DNA of 64,000 nucleotides from Takakia lepidozioides. Taxonomy: Eukaryota > Plantae > Bryophyta. The translations under genes and the position numbers were made by a program. The notes under the pieces were generated by a model. That model was not told where the DNA came from. It was given only the letters and a program-made list of their open reading frames with translations, and searched no databases. The DNA lies in the NCBI GenBank assembly GCA_030704615.1, contig CM060734.1, forward strand, positions 25,110,001 to 25,174,000. The letters are read 5' to 3'. Below are positions 28,149 through 42,061 of the stretch, in pieces. The number at the start of each line of letters is the position of its first letter. Within the stretch, counting starts at the first letter, position 1.

Positions 28149-30048
28149 GTCTGACGCAGGGGTTTACCACCTGGTATTCAGACAAAACATCTACCAACAG
28201 CATATCAGAATTGGGTATTTTTTATGGTGCCTATAAAGAGCAAAGCCATAACCAGGAGAAACGATTTGAGCCAAAGAAATGGAACTCATTCTTATCATAA
28301 GGTATCTAAATCTGACATAAGGCATCGGCTACAGGGGACCGGCAAACAAGAGTAATGTGCATTGACCGGATCATGTATAAGGTGTACACGTCTACTCCAA
28401 CAAGCTGTCTTACCAAGGCCTAGCTCAAAATTTCAGCATTCAAAAGCCCTATAGATGTTCTGTGCTTATCTCAGGTACCTTCAAGGATGCCTTACTCTCC
28501 ATGCCCAATTAGCCAACGTATTTTTGCTGGAGAAGATCTTACCTTATGAAGGACTTGCTTGCTCCACACCATGGTCATGGCGGGAGAGGAGGCTGATATC
28601 TCATGGCTTTGGCCTTCCCATTGCCTTGGGTCCAGCCCTTCAATCAGGAACATATTTGATAACCTTTTGTCATGCTCAGACCAAGGTGTTAGTAAATCAA
28701 ACATAAAACTCAAAACAGAAGGGAGATTGGTTGATAATGTGTACAAGAACCACCAAGTACACTGGTCTAAATCAGAGAGGGAAGATACTTATGTCTTGTC
28801 GAGACATGGACAAAGACCTGACAAGGTCATTGTAAAATTAACGACAAATCAGCCTCATAACAAGGCATTGTCAACCATTCTTCATTCACAAGTCAGCTTT
28901 ATGACAAATCCCAGACTTCAAAGTCAATGAAGTCTCTGGGTGGGGGGGGCGGTGGGAAAAATTAGAGACTCAATTACCACTGTTTATAGCAGGAAACCAT
29001 TGTTCAGCATGCTAAAAAGTGCCATTCATGACATGCCATGTCATTCAGTCTCTATTTTTTGGTCAGCTTACATACCAAGGTATAACCACATCCATATCAG
29101 TTTGGCATGGTATCAAGTGTCCTAAAGTAACCAGCTTCTAAAAGAGGCTAAGTTTCCAATGCTTGTACATTCAAGAACACTGTCTGGTCATAAAAACAGG
29201 TATGCCCTACATTGTAGCATGTTACCAGATCTCTTTAATATCATTGCTCCATTGTCACATCAGTATGCCATAGGGAACAAGAGATAGTCGCCCTAATGAT
29301 TGATTGTCCACCATACTAGGTTAAACATAGGAGCCATCAAGATCAAAAGAAAGAGGAAGAAAGGATTGTTCTCCCCCAAAGATACAGATGGCGTCGCTTC
29401 TTCAACTCGATTCCAATCAACTTCAAGCTTTAAAATCCATGTTAAGTGAGGACCCTCGCCTGGTCCCATCACATGCAATCAGAAACAGTTAAGTTAGAGA
29501 CGATGTGGAACCCCGGGTGAATCGCAGGTCTCACGCTTGTTATCGTTGTACAACATGCAATACAAAGCAGGGGCAGAAAGGAAACAGAGCATATGCAAGC
29601 CAATACCTTGATGGCTTGTGGAAGAAAGGCCTGCGCCATAGCTCTCAAGACCAGCAAACAAGAATGCACAACAAAATGTACAAAGCATGCACAAAGAAAG
29701 TGAATCGCCCAAACTTAGAGAGTTCAGACACTTCCCTGAGGCCTTAAGATCGCCGCTTGTATCTTAATGATCAATGAAGGTCACAGCAAGCGACCACAAC
29801 ACAGGTAGATCGCCCGCCAAGCATTAGAGACAACCGCCACAGGGAAATTGCAGGTACTGCCGCCATTGCGCACCCCAAGAGGGGAAGAAGGTACTGAATC
29901 TTGCCAGAACACCTAAATGTCGTAATGGCGCAGCTCCATGGCATTCAAGGGCGCCTGAATCGAGCTCCATGCGCCCCCCGCAGCCATCTCTCAGCTCCAG
30001 CCATCCCTTAAGCACGATCGTCGTGGAGAGGGTTAGGGCAGGGAAGAG

Positions 30049-30987
30049 TGTCGAACGGCTTTTACTCACCCATCCCTTCGCTATCCGAGGTGGAAACTCC
30101 AAGATAGAAGAGTTGGATATCTTTAAGCACTCAGCCCGCTCAGTACAATCAGTCATGACCTGCAGCTAGTGAATCATGGTTGTGCTTCCCATTTGTATTC
30201 ATTCTTGCCTTCATGTTATCAATTTACCTTATTTGATACTGAAGCATCAGATTGCTTCAGTATCTTCTTAGTTCCAGTTAATCATGCATTCATTTCACAG
30301 CTTCACTCATGTCTCTCTACACAGTGTGCTTGTATCGAATAAGTATCATATTACAATTTATCAGGTACTAGGCCAATGTTAAGGTGACTCTAATCCGCCC
30401 TACAGTATCACTACAGCTCTGCATGAAATAACCTCCATCAAGTCATCATCTCCTCTTCTATGTAATCATCATCCCTGTGCTCCAAGATCGTGCCCTCCGT
30501 CTGACCTTCTCTCCTGATGTCTAAGAAGTGATTCCCAAGAAGTCCTCCCCAAAAAGTCCCCGCTCTTGGCTTTATCTACCTACATGGCTGTTCTAACCGC
30601 CTTCCTCACTAACCGTCACCCCTGAAGTAACATATTCCCTCTGCAGATGTTGTTCCCACACAGTCGTTCCCTGTCCATGTTAACCGTTCCCTCTGTACTG
30701 TGACAACTGTGCAAAATTGCGTTGGGCTGTGTGAAGCTATGACGGGCTGTGACTGGCTGTGCGAAGCTGTGGCGGCTGTGACTGGCTGTGTCGGCTATGA
30801 CTGACTGTGACGGGCTGTGTTGGCTGTGACTGGCTGTGACGGGCTGTGACGGGCTGTGTAATCCCCCCCCCCCCCTAAAGCCTGCTGCTGTCACCCCTAA
30901 GGCTCCTGTTGGTCTCAGTCTGTGTAAAAATTAAGGGTACCCCACAGAACCTGTAAAAGCGTCTAAGTCCCAAGCAGCCCTCTAACA
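30049..30987 (-). repeat. 3' LTR, containing a 10-bp GCTGT-based minisatellite (~30720-30860)
   Basis: tgtcgaacggct...ccctctaaca, adjacent to the PPT. Confidence 0.92.
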
Positions 30988-30991
30988 TTTA

Positions 30992-31005
30992 CCCCTCCCC
31001 CTCTC
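30992..31005 (-). promoter_or_regulatory. Polypurine tract
   Basis: GAGAGGGGGAGGGG on the minus strand just before the 3' LTR. Confidence 0.88.
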
Positions 31006-31026
31006 AAAAAGCCGTGTCCTCACGGT

Positions 31027-34000
31027 TTATTGTTTAGGATTAGCAAACCTTTGTGATCGAACACCCTTATGACGGTGAGAGTCTCGTGAAGGACTCCGTG
31101 TGCGAGCCCGAGTCTTGTCACTGGTTGACGGAGATGATTGAGCACTACCCGGAAATGTCTGACCCTCCTTTGGCTGATATCGAGGTAACCTCTCAGGCAT
31201 AGGAGATCCCCGTCGTTTCTTCTCTGCCATCTGAATTGCATAGTCCTCTGCCATGTCAAAAGAGTCCGCTGAAGAAACAGTAGTATCAGAATCCTCGTCG
31301 CCCCTCAGGTGTTTTAACGGCCGAACTTTAAGTGGAATCCTGTGTGACATACAATGTTGTCCAACCATATCTGGAAGTTTAAATTGCACAACTTGTTATA
31401 AGCACTGGCACGCAAAATTAGTGAACGTCCTGAACTCCTTATCTGTATAGGTAAGAGGTGTGCCAATGACTTGGGAACAGTGCAAGTATTTCCATGCCTC
31501 ATGTCCCTTAAAGAAAATATCGTCAGGGCCGAATTTCTGTGTTGTCAAATGGTTCCAAGCCGAATGAAACCATGAACGAAGTTGGGAATCCTTATGCATC
31601 ATAACTTTTGCATCATATAGGTACATATGAGGTGGCACTGAAGGTAAGACCCAATGATCCCCACTGGAATAACTCAGAAATCGCGATTGCATCTTCTGCT
31701 GCTCAATGTGATAACGTGCCAGAAAACAAGCAGCATAGTATAATCCACAGCCCATGACAATACTTGATACCTCCTTGGTTTTGGTATAAATGTACCCATG
31801 TACAACTTGGAAGGCAATTAATTCCTTCAACATGGTACCTGCTTCAGACCAGTACCTCGCAAAGTGATGATCCTCAATGGGTCGATTGTTCGGAAGAACC
31901 TTAGTCCTAGTCGCCACTGGCAGCCAAATGCGCATGATCAGGTAGTAATGAGCCAACGATTGTGGCGGACTAAATTCCTTCTAAGCCAAATCCAACACAA
32001 TGGGAATTTAGTTGAAGAGCATAATCATAGCCCGACTGTACTCCCGTGCAGTAGGAGTCTTAGGTGGGTTAAAAGCAGCATCCCCCCATACTTCAGGCTG
32101 TGGTGTGGCTGTAGTAACAACAGGGTCAGCTACCTGCATAGTCACTTGTTGTGGTATTGGTACCACTGACATCTCCTGCACCCCTTGCGTAGAAGACTGA
32201 AAAATTAGAGTTCTCGCCTGTAAATAAGTAGTCATTGGCTGCTCCTCAGGTACAAAGACTCTCTTGTCAATATTTGAACTCAGGTCATCCACCTGAGTCT
32301 GCAGGCCTTCTACAACCTCCTGTAGCTCCGTTATCCTACTATAGACATTGTCTATAGTAGTTGTGGCAATGTTCTGCACCTGCAGTCTGAGCTCATTCAT
32401 CTCGCCTTGGGTGAGCTTCCGTGGTGCTTTGCCTTCCACCGGCCCTTGTGCTAACCAGACCTGCATAAGGTGGTTATCCACTAAGTCGTGTGTGGCACTC
32501 CTGAGAGTCTGCTCCTTGGTGAGCCTGTACACATCTAACTGCTGCTGTAAAGCCTCCATGCGCTTCGCATGAGGTTCAACCAAACTCGCATAGGCAGCAG
32601 CCAGATTATTGGCTTCCTTCCAAGCCTTGTTAGCCACAGAGAGTTCATTTATATTGACCATGACTGTTTGTTGCAACTCCAAAATGTACCTCTCCTGGTC
32701 AGCCTCAACCTGTCTGTATTGCTTGAAAGTATTCTCATTGCGACAGATTGTATTCTTCATATCAACAATGAGTTTCGTCTGCTCTATTATCTCTGCCTCT
32801 GCCTTCATACATCTCTCCCCTTGTCTGTTAACTTCTAATGCAGTTTGCTCAAGAGTAGTTGTGAGTGTAGCACATTGTATGGTCATCCTCTCATGTACTG
32901 CCTGCAACTCCGTATGTAGTGCATTCACTTCTTGCAACTTGCCCTCATGCTTCACCTGCATTTGGTATAACTGTTGCTTATGTGCTTCATGCAACTGGTC
33001 CTGCTCGAGGCCGGCTTCAATTATGTGTCCCTTGGCCAACTGCAAAGCAGCCTTTGTGTCCTCTAACTCTTGCTGTAACTTGAGATTGACCTCCTCATCT
33101 ACCTTGTTAGCACACTCAGTGGCAAGTCGAGCCTCAAACTCTTTCCTGAGTTCCTCCTTCAAAGCTGCCAATTGGGTAGATGGAACATGGGATTTCACAT
33201 AAGTGCCCAACAAATTAAGTGTTCTGCTTATGGAACTCATAAGCATGGCCTGCTGAGGGTCATCATGGTAAGCTTGCTGCTGTTCTTCCTGATCCTCGAC
33301 AGTGTGATGCCTCACCAACCATTCAGGCCATTGCCCCACCAGATTTTCTTCTTGAACCACCTCATCCGCCACAGGTGCTGCAGTGTCTTGATATTCTACC
33401 CCTGGTACCTCCGTCACAGGTGTGGGTATTACATGCACAGCAGGGTTTTCCCTGGACAACCGCTACACCTCTGGAATCACTGATTCCCTTACCAAGCCAG
33501 AGTTTTCATAGAGAAGGTCACCCTTCTCAATTTCAGCCACGACCTGCTCTGTAGTGGGAATGTCCAACCTTTCTCTTTCCAGAGCAATTGGGGGTGATGT
33601 CACAGCATGTACGAACTGTGGAACCTCTAAAACAACTGAGTCAATTGGTTGTGGTGGCTGTGGTATCGAAGTGACTTCCTCTTCCATTTCCGAAGGCTGT
33701 GCTTCCAATAATAACAGCTCTCTGTGCTGCTGTGCCCCATCTTGCACAAGAGCTTGGGAAACATTATCGTGCGGTTTCCGTGAAGCCAGTGGATCCGCCA
33801 CTACAGTCATACCCCGCCTCTGTCTCTTAGATTGGTGTTGCCCTCCCAGTCCACCCTCACTGTGTGAAGAGCCCTGCTCTTCAATTGCAGTGGTTTCTGC
33901 CTCAAACACTCCCATCTCCTTACGTTCCCGAGTATCAAGTATGCAAGAATCAAGAATTATTTGGGCAATGACTGGACCAGACACAATGATTGGAGACTTA

Positions 34001-34836
34001 GCAGCAGTGCCCTGTAACCTCTTCATCTCGTCCACCAATTCATTGTACATTAACTCCGCCCAAGCGACATCCTCTCCCCTCAAAGCCTTCAGGATCTCCT
34101 CTGTGAATGACCTGCTCAAATACTGTTGGTTTTGTTTCATGGCAAACAGAACGTTCAGTATTTGGCCAACTTCCCTAAGCCCTGGGTACTCGGCTTTGGT
34201 ACAAGCGTGACCTTGAGTTTTAAAGAAACTCACTTCTTAGAACAAATTCCCTATCTGCAATCTTGCCATGTGCTCATCCACATCCACATGTCCTGATGGC
34301 AAATCAAACAATTGCTGCAGGTACTGGGGAGTAATTTCTATATCTACTCCCCTCACCTGAGTAACTCCCGTCCGAGGCTCAAAGTTCTGAAGAAATTGTA
34401 TCATGAACTGCCGATGATGCAAGGACCAGTCCTTGCGTAACAGCCCCTCCAATTCCAACTCCCTTAGCAACTGTACTGCTTGCGGTGCCGCAATTGTTTG
34501 CTTTTGCAGTATCGTGGTGCTCTTCACCCTAATATCCTCCATTCCCCTCACTCTCTTCATTCTAGACAAACAGAAAGGCTTTGTTTGAAACAGCTGAAGG
34601 AAAGCTTGCAGGGCACAGAGCATGAAGGTATGGTTGGCACAGAATGGAACAGGTAGGGCTTGCAAGTAACAAGTGAGAGAAAATATACTCTCAATGCGTT
34701 CGTCCTTGCGCCACTGCGTGAGAAGTAAAGCGAGTGTGTAATCGGTTACATCTGCCATAGCTACTAGGCTAGTGCTTTGATTACCCCTTTCGTCGAGAGC
34801 TTGGCTATTCAGAGCCACTCCGACTCTTCCGCTCAT
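31027..34836 (-). pseudogene. Long env-position accessory ORF, broken by point stops; central coiled coil
   Basis: ORFs 34237-34836, 33463-34233 and 32008-33459 are in one frame separated by single stops. 31396-31956 and 31027-31389 follow. Confidence 0.8.
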
Positions 34837-35375
34837 AACACTTCATATTTCTTGTTCTTGTTTCTTGGAGGGAACCACCTGCATGTAATTCTCACTCCTG
34901 ATTGGTTGTGGACTGCTTAGGTAATTTCTTAATTCCACCCCCCTCCATGGACTTTCCACCTGGAATGTCCAGTAGGACAGCACATGTGGCATAGGTTTCC
35001 CTTTTTTGAACTCGAAAAGGGTTCCGTTACCCTTACACTGAATGCATTAATGGGCCAACAATTAGTATTAGTTGTTGTACCGGGTAGGTACTTTGACGGC
35101 CCGATTTGTCCTCTTGCATGATGAAACTCACTTTTGCAATCGATGCAGCGCGGTGTGCTTCACCTTAGCCGCCACGTGTCCGTTTCTAAACATGCCCCCG
35201 TCTTCCCCTCTCCGTGTGGCACATTCTCCAAGTTTGACTTCCAAACTTTTTCTTCACTTGATGGCCACTTTTCTAACGTTAATTTGCGTCCACGTGTCAC
35301 TGACCCTATGGACTGTGTAATCTGTATGGGCTGTGATAGGCTGTGATAGGTATGCGAACACCTGTAGTTCCCGCC

Positions 35376-38300
35376 CTAGTCATATATGCTCGGCTTAGCG
35401 ACAACTGCTCCATACTCCGTTGGTATCACTGGCGCAGCCCGTGACTGCTTTTGCGTTTCAACATGCAAATCGTGCTGCAATGGTTTGTCATGGATACCAC
35501 TGTACCCCTTCAACTTATTGGCATTGACTCTTCCCAACATCTCCTTGTTAATGGTTTGTAACATGGCTGTGTTGTTATCATACATCTTCTGTATGACATA
35601 AGGTCCCTTCCATGGTGATTTAAGCTTAGAAGCTTTAATCTTCCCCTTCTTCTGCAACCAGAGAACCAAATCTCCCGTCTAAAAAATCCTAATTTTGCCT
35701 TCATCAAACTGTTCCTTCCTCTTCATCTGAATTCTGGTCATGTTATCAGCTGCATCAGCACGTACTTCTTCCACATGGTATAATTCATGTTTCCTGACCT
35801 TAATTGAATCTTCCAATTCCATTCTTTTTCCCCATTCAGTTCTCATGGTAGGTAACAAGAATTCCACTGGAAGTAAAGCTTCCATACCATAAACTAATTG
35901 GAATGGTGTATACTTAGTGGTGACTTTATATGAAGTCTTGTATGACCACAAAGCTGTCAGCAGCTTTGTATCCCAATCCGTTCTGTTTGCATTGACTATC
36001 TTAGCCAAGATAGTACATAGTATTTTGTTGGTAGCCTCTGCCTGCCCATTACCCTGTGGGTAATACGTTGTACTCTTCCTATGCACAATCATGAACTCTT
36101 TAGTCAATAGTTCAATGGTCTCATTAATGAAGTGACTTCCCTGGTCACTGATAAATTCCAAGGGACAGCCAAATCGTGTAAGTATGTTCTCATACAGGAA
36201 CCTTGCTGTGGACTTGGCTGTGTTGTCCCTCAGAGCTTTAGCTTCCACCCACTTCGTAGTATAATCAGTGGCTGTAATTATGTACTTGTTCTGTGTATTC
36301 TTGGCCGGTGGGTTAATTGGTCCAACAAAGTCTAGTCCCCATTTCTGAAATGGTTCAGTAGGCATCGTAGGATGCAAAGCCATCTTCCCAGATCTCTGCA
36401 AAGGTCCTAGCCTCTGACATTCATCACAACTCTGACAATACTTGTGTACATCTTTGAACAAAGTAGGCCACCAGTAACCTGCAAGTAGTATCTTCCTACT
36501 GGTAGTCTCTTCTCCAAAATGACCTCCAGCCACTCCTTTATGAACTTCCTCCAAAACTTTATTTACTTCATGGTGGTACAAACATCGTTTAAGTACTCCA
36601 TCAGGTCCTAGCTTATACATTCTGCCCTCTACCATAGTATAAGGTTAAGCCTTGATAGCGATTCTCTTCCTCTGCTCCTTACCATAACTAGGTGGGCACT
36701 GACCATGAGTAAGGTAGTATCTGATTGGCCACTGCCAATCTAACCATTCATCTGCACTTCCTTGCACCTCCATTGCAAATAAACTCGCATCAGGTAATTG
36801 GTCGTCTACTCCTGTGGCGGGCTCTCCTGTTGTTAGACGTGACAAATGATCTGCCACAAGATGCAAACGGCCAGGCTTGTAAACAACTTTGAACTCAAAC
36901 TCGTGCAAGATTATTAACCACCTTGCTATCCTTCCACTTATCAAAGGTTTGTTCACCACATATATCAGAGCTTGGTGATCCACATAAAACATAAACTTTC
37001 TTCCCTGCCTGAATTTCTTGACTGCATAAATCATTGCCAGTGCTTCTCTTTCAGTTGTGCTATAGTTCCTTTCAGCGCTGTTCATCAACATGCTAGCATA
37101 GTACACAGGTGAATCTATATTTCCTGTAACATTTTGGGCTAACACCGCTCCCAACGCTTCTCCTGAGGCATCACAGTGAACATGAAATACTACATGCCAG
37201 TGAGGGTTAATCAGCACAGTTGTTATTGACAATGTAAGTTCCTCAAAAGCCTGTTGACATTCAGCTGTCCATGCAAACACTGCATCTTTCTTCAGAAGCT
37301 TGCTCAATGGTGCTGCTATCTGTGCGTACCTTTTGACAAATCTTCTGTAATAACTGGTTTGTCCAAGGAATCTCCTTAGACTCTTAACATTTACTAGTGG
37401 TGGAGAGGCTTTAATGGCCTCCGTCTTCCTGGGATCCAGAAGAAGTCCCCTCTTACACACAATGTGTCCCAAAAGCACCCGTGAGTTCACACAGAAAGTA
37501 CACTTCTCTGGATTCAGGCCCAGACCTCTCATCCTGCATCTGGCCAAACATAACTCCAATTTATGCAAGTGCTCATTCTTAGAGCTGTACACACTGAAAT
37601 CATCCAAGAAACACCTGCATGAAATCATCCAGATACTCATGAAAATATTCACTTATCACTCTCTGAAAGGTTGCTGGTGCATTACAAAGTCCAAAAGGCA
37701 TGACTTTGTATGCATAAGCACCCCAGTCTGTGATGAAAGCTGTCTTTCCCTGGTCTTCTTCTGCCACTTGCACTTGATTATAACCATTGAAGCCATCCAT
37801 GAATGAGTACATCTCATGGCCTGCCACATTGTCCAATACCGATTCTGTGAATGGCAAAGGGAAATGATCTTTCTTCGTGCAAGCATTCAACTTCTTATAG
37901 TTCACACAAACTCTCAGTTTACCATTCTTCTTGGGAACTATCACAATGGGTGACAACCAAGTTGTATACTCTATCGGGTATATAAACTTAGCCTCAGCCA
38001 ACTTCTTGATCTCTTCTCCAACCTTCTGTGCATAGTTGGGATTCATTTGTACCTTGCCTATTTGATTGGTACTAACCCTGGTTCCAGTTCAATCTTATGC
38101 TGACAGATCTCAGGTGGTATCCCTTTTAGATCCTCGTAGCTCCAAGCAAATACATCTCTGTATTTGATGAACAAACTCTTAGCTTCCTCAAAGAATTCTG
38201 GCTCCAAATCAGCCCCTACCTTCACCATCCTCGGTTCCTCTTCAGTTCCCACATTCACTTCTCTCACGTGCTCATCAGCTGTGATTGTCCAACCAGTCAC

Positions 38301-41300
38301 CACTTCATCCTGTAAACTCACAGTGGCTGGTTCCTCTAGGATTTCCATTTCTCCTTCTCTTTCTTCATAGAATTGTGGTGGGTATCTGCTTGTTTCACCT
38401 TCAATTGGTGTTGTTGTCACTACACCACAACAGATACCCTTTAAACAACTTAGGCCTTCCAGCTGCATCTCTGCAACCTGCTCCCACTCTGGGTGTGCAG
38501 CGAACAGGGTAGCTTCCTGTTCCTCATCAAGTCCTCCCCTCCAGTCATACTCCGTGACCCCTCGAGGTCTTCTCTTAGCAGGTAATCTACTAGATTTCTT
38601 AGTGGTAATTTGTATCTTGTGCATCCCATCATGCACAGTTAGTAACTGGGAATTCCAGTCATGGAATACCCTGGCCTGTTTCAGCCACGGACGTCCCAAC
38701 AATAAGGAGTAAGCTTCCATGACTTCATCCATTTTCAACACAGTTACTGTGATCATAAAGATCATCTTTTGAATCTGTATCTTAACTCCTCTTATCAATC
38801 CCAGTGGCTGTACACTTCTTTGATCTACCATTGTAACTGTAAATGGGGCTGGCTTCATGTTACTTAGACCAAGCTTCTGCCTTAATTGGTCTGTCATGAT
38901 GTTCACTCCTGAGCCTCCATCAATGAGTACATCAGTTAGTTCTGTGCTTCCTATTCTCAATTGGATTATTGGCATGGAATCATCAAAGTCCATGACTGTT
39001 TCTCGCCCTTCTAGCTTCACATTATAACTGGTCACCTTGCTGTTCAGGTCTGTGTTCCCTGTCACATGGGCAATTCGATTGATTGCTTGATACAGCCTGT
39101 GTCTACAATAAGGTGCCACAGTCAATAGCTGTCCAATGGTAATCTCTGCTTTGGACTGACATATTACTTTAGCCAAAGTCCCTTCATTACTCTGCATGTC
39201 TGCAGCTTCTTTCTTCCCTTCATCCTCACTCACTTCCTCTTCTCTTCAGAATCAGAGGAATCTGCCATAGGAATATCAGTACTCTTCTGCATTTCCCTTA
39301 TGGTATCTGCCACTTCCTTGTGCAGTTCCTTCTCATCTCTCCAAGCCTCATCATCTTCAGGCACATCACTGCCATCTTCATTATCATCATCTTCCTCATC
39401 TACTAGAGGTATTAGTTTGGCTTTGCTTCTCGTTACTATCATTGTACTTACTTCTGGTACAACACATGGCCTAACCATGTGAGCCGCCACCACTGGCCCC
39501 TCATTCACAGGAGCTCTCATCTCATTCAGGTGTCTAATCCAGAATGGACTGGCTGCCTTGCGATGTCCTGCCTGATTACAATAGTAACATAGTTCTTTCC
39601 CATTAGGTCCTCGCCCTTGGTCTGTTCTGGAATTGTTTCTGTAATCCTGATTCCCTGGCTCGTAATTCCCTCTTGGATTACCCTGATAGTTGCCTCTGGA
39701 ATTTCCTTGGTAATTCCCTCTTGAATTACCTCTCCCTTCCATGCCATTGTTATAACCACCAGGCCTACCATAGTGGTCCTGATCATTGTTTCTTCTTGGC
39801 TGGGGCTGCACTTGATGCACCCTTACTTGCCTAGGTTCTCTAGCTGTTGTCCTTCTGTTGTAGTAACAATTCTCAGTAGAATGGTTATCCATCTTACAGA
39901 TAGTACAATGTTTCTCTTTCATGTGGCATTCAGTGGTGGTATGGCCTTCATTCTGGCACTTTGCACACCAAACACCCTTCCTCCAATGTGTTGCAGCCTC
40001 TGTGGCATACTTCTTCAAGATTTCTTCTAATCTTTTCTCATAGTTATCCCTCTTCAACTTTTCCTTTCTCTTACTCTTCCTTTTCAGCTCTTGCTCTTCT
40101 TCCTCATCTGACTCATCCTTAGAGTCCTCATCATCCCTTTTCTCCCTCCCGAGCATTCCCAATTGCTCAATTCTGTTCGCTGTTTCAAATGCCTCATCCA
40201 CTGTATTATGGGGTAACATATCCACTATCTTTTGCAACTCTGGTCTTAGTCCACTCACAAACCAAGTCTTATGTAAACCTGGTGCTGGTACAGCAGCCAG
40301 CTTTTTCATCATCAATTCCATTTTTTCCATATACTCCTCAACAGTTTCATGCTTCTTTTGCTTTAACTGTTGTAAACTTCCATACACTTTATCCTCAGTT
40401 TTACTTGTCCTGAACCTATTTCGGAATGTTGTATTCAAGCCATTCCAGGTTAGGAAATGATTATTAGGGAATCTTGCATACCATTCACTTGCTTTCTTGA
40501 TAAGTGAACAAAGAAATAGTCTCATCTTGGCATCATCGCCATTCTCATTGTTCACAATATACATGTGCTCAAATTGGCTAATGTGTACATCAGGATCCCC
40601 TTTTCCTGAATATATTGGTAAAGGTGGTTTTGCCCGTGTTGGTTGTAACGCCATCTGTGGCCCTACCTTCTGCCCACTGACAGATGCTGGCCCCCTTGCT
40701 GGTGCTGGTCCTTGAGGACCTGTTGTAGTTGTGGTGGATCTTCCACCCAGTGGTGGCCCCTGAGCACTCCCTGCTACCGGCCCCACGATATTCACAGTAT
40801 CCCAGCTCCAGTTGCATTACTTCCCACACTCCCTGTCCCCCCAGAGCCAAATCCAGGCTGCCCGCCTGATCCCTCTGAGCCGACACCTTCGTTGGCCTAT
40901 GGTCCAAGTGCTCGTCCTGGTTGTAGTCTCAACCTCAGCTGTTGGGTCTACTTCTTTATACTCTTCCTCTTCCAATTCCTCCCCTCTGTTTTCATCCTCC
41001 AAGTTCTGCCATTGGGTTTCTTCTTCACTCATGTAACTCAACTGCAATGGTGTTGGAGAGTCTGAACTCTCCGTTGGCTCTGCCACATCCTCTCCTCCTT
41101 CTTCACCTTCCCTTTCAGAAACTGGAGTTCTTGCTTTTGGTGTTCCATGCCAACTCTTATCAAAGATTTCTGTCAAATCTTTTATCCAGGGATGTACCTC
41201 AGATCTTTCACCTCGTGGTTGATCTTCTTCCCGTACCAATTCCCTTAATCTTTCTTCCAAAGAAAAAGAAGGAGTGGCTAGAGTCTAGTTCTTCCGGTAT

Positions 41301-41453
41301 GGGTGATGTACTCTCTGATCTTAATGGTGTGAGAGGTCCAGATGATTCCCCTATGTCTATTCCTCTCTCCCAAAGATATGGATAATTAGCTTTCAGATAA
41401 CTTTCTCTTTTTGCTGAATATCTCTGGAGTCTAGCTTCTCTTTCATCACTCAT
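35376..41453 (-). pseudogene. gag-pol: gag-pol with three zinc knuckles, protease, RT, RNase H, integrase; several stops and frameshifts
   Basis: CAKCQNEGH, CTICKMDNH, CYYCNQAGH; LIDGGSG; MPFGLCNAP, FLDD; HCDAS, TTERE; WGLDFVGP, SDQGSHF, GQAE; WKGPY. Confidence 0.93.
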
Positions 41454-42041
41454 GTCCCATGTCTTTCATTTCTTTAATGTGGCAATAACCAAAACTCTCT
41501 TCTGTAGTATCTCTCGTATATGCCTGGGTTTCTTTCAAGCTTCAATGCACCCTTGGCTATACTAGAAGTCTCCGTTACCATATAACCATATGGCAAACAA
41601 GTCTGGAAAGCTTTTCTTGGTGTGAGTTTGATCCACAGAATATCCTTTGGAATCCAATTCTTTACCAGTACAAGCTCTTCATGCATATGAGTATAAACAT
41701 TCACCTTCCTTTCCTCCTAGCCTTCAAACTCTACTCGCTTAATGGATAGCAACGCTATCACATAAACCAGTGTTGGTAACCAACGTGCTCTTCCTCTACA
41801 TGCCACGTGATAAATCATTATCACCCCTTTCTCCAGACCCCACTCAGGGTCAGCATCATGCACTCTCTTAAGAATGTTTTCTTTACAACCGTCTGGCAAT
41901 TCCAAGAACCTCTGAAAGAATTGTTTGGACAATCTTTCCTTCTCAGTTTCACAGGGAATTTGATTCACATCAAATTCTTTAATTCTCCATCCACCATGAT
42001 CCCACCAGATGCCTGTCACATCTGGCTGTTCATGACCCAGG

Positions 42042-42059
42042 TCCCCAGTATGGTCGCCA
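42042..42059 (-). promoter_or_regulatory. Primer binding site TGGCGACCATACTGGGGA (tRNA-Arg type)
   Basis: TGG-starting 18-mer 2 nt downstream of the 5' LTR. The tRNA assignment is from resemblance to Arg PBSs of plant non-chromoviruses. Confidence 0.8.
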
Positions 42060-42061
42060 AA

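Noticed and set aside
30720-30860. CRISPR-like or regulatory array (also 42700-42930 and 13945-14280)
   Set aside because: Degenerate tandem repeats without unique spacers, in a eukaryotic TE context.
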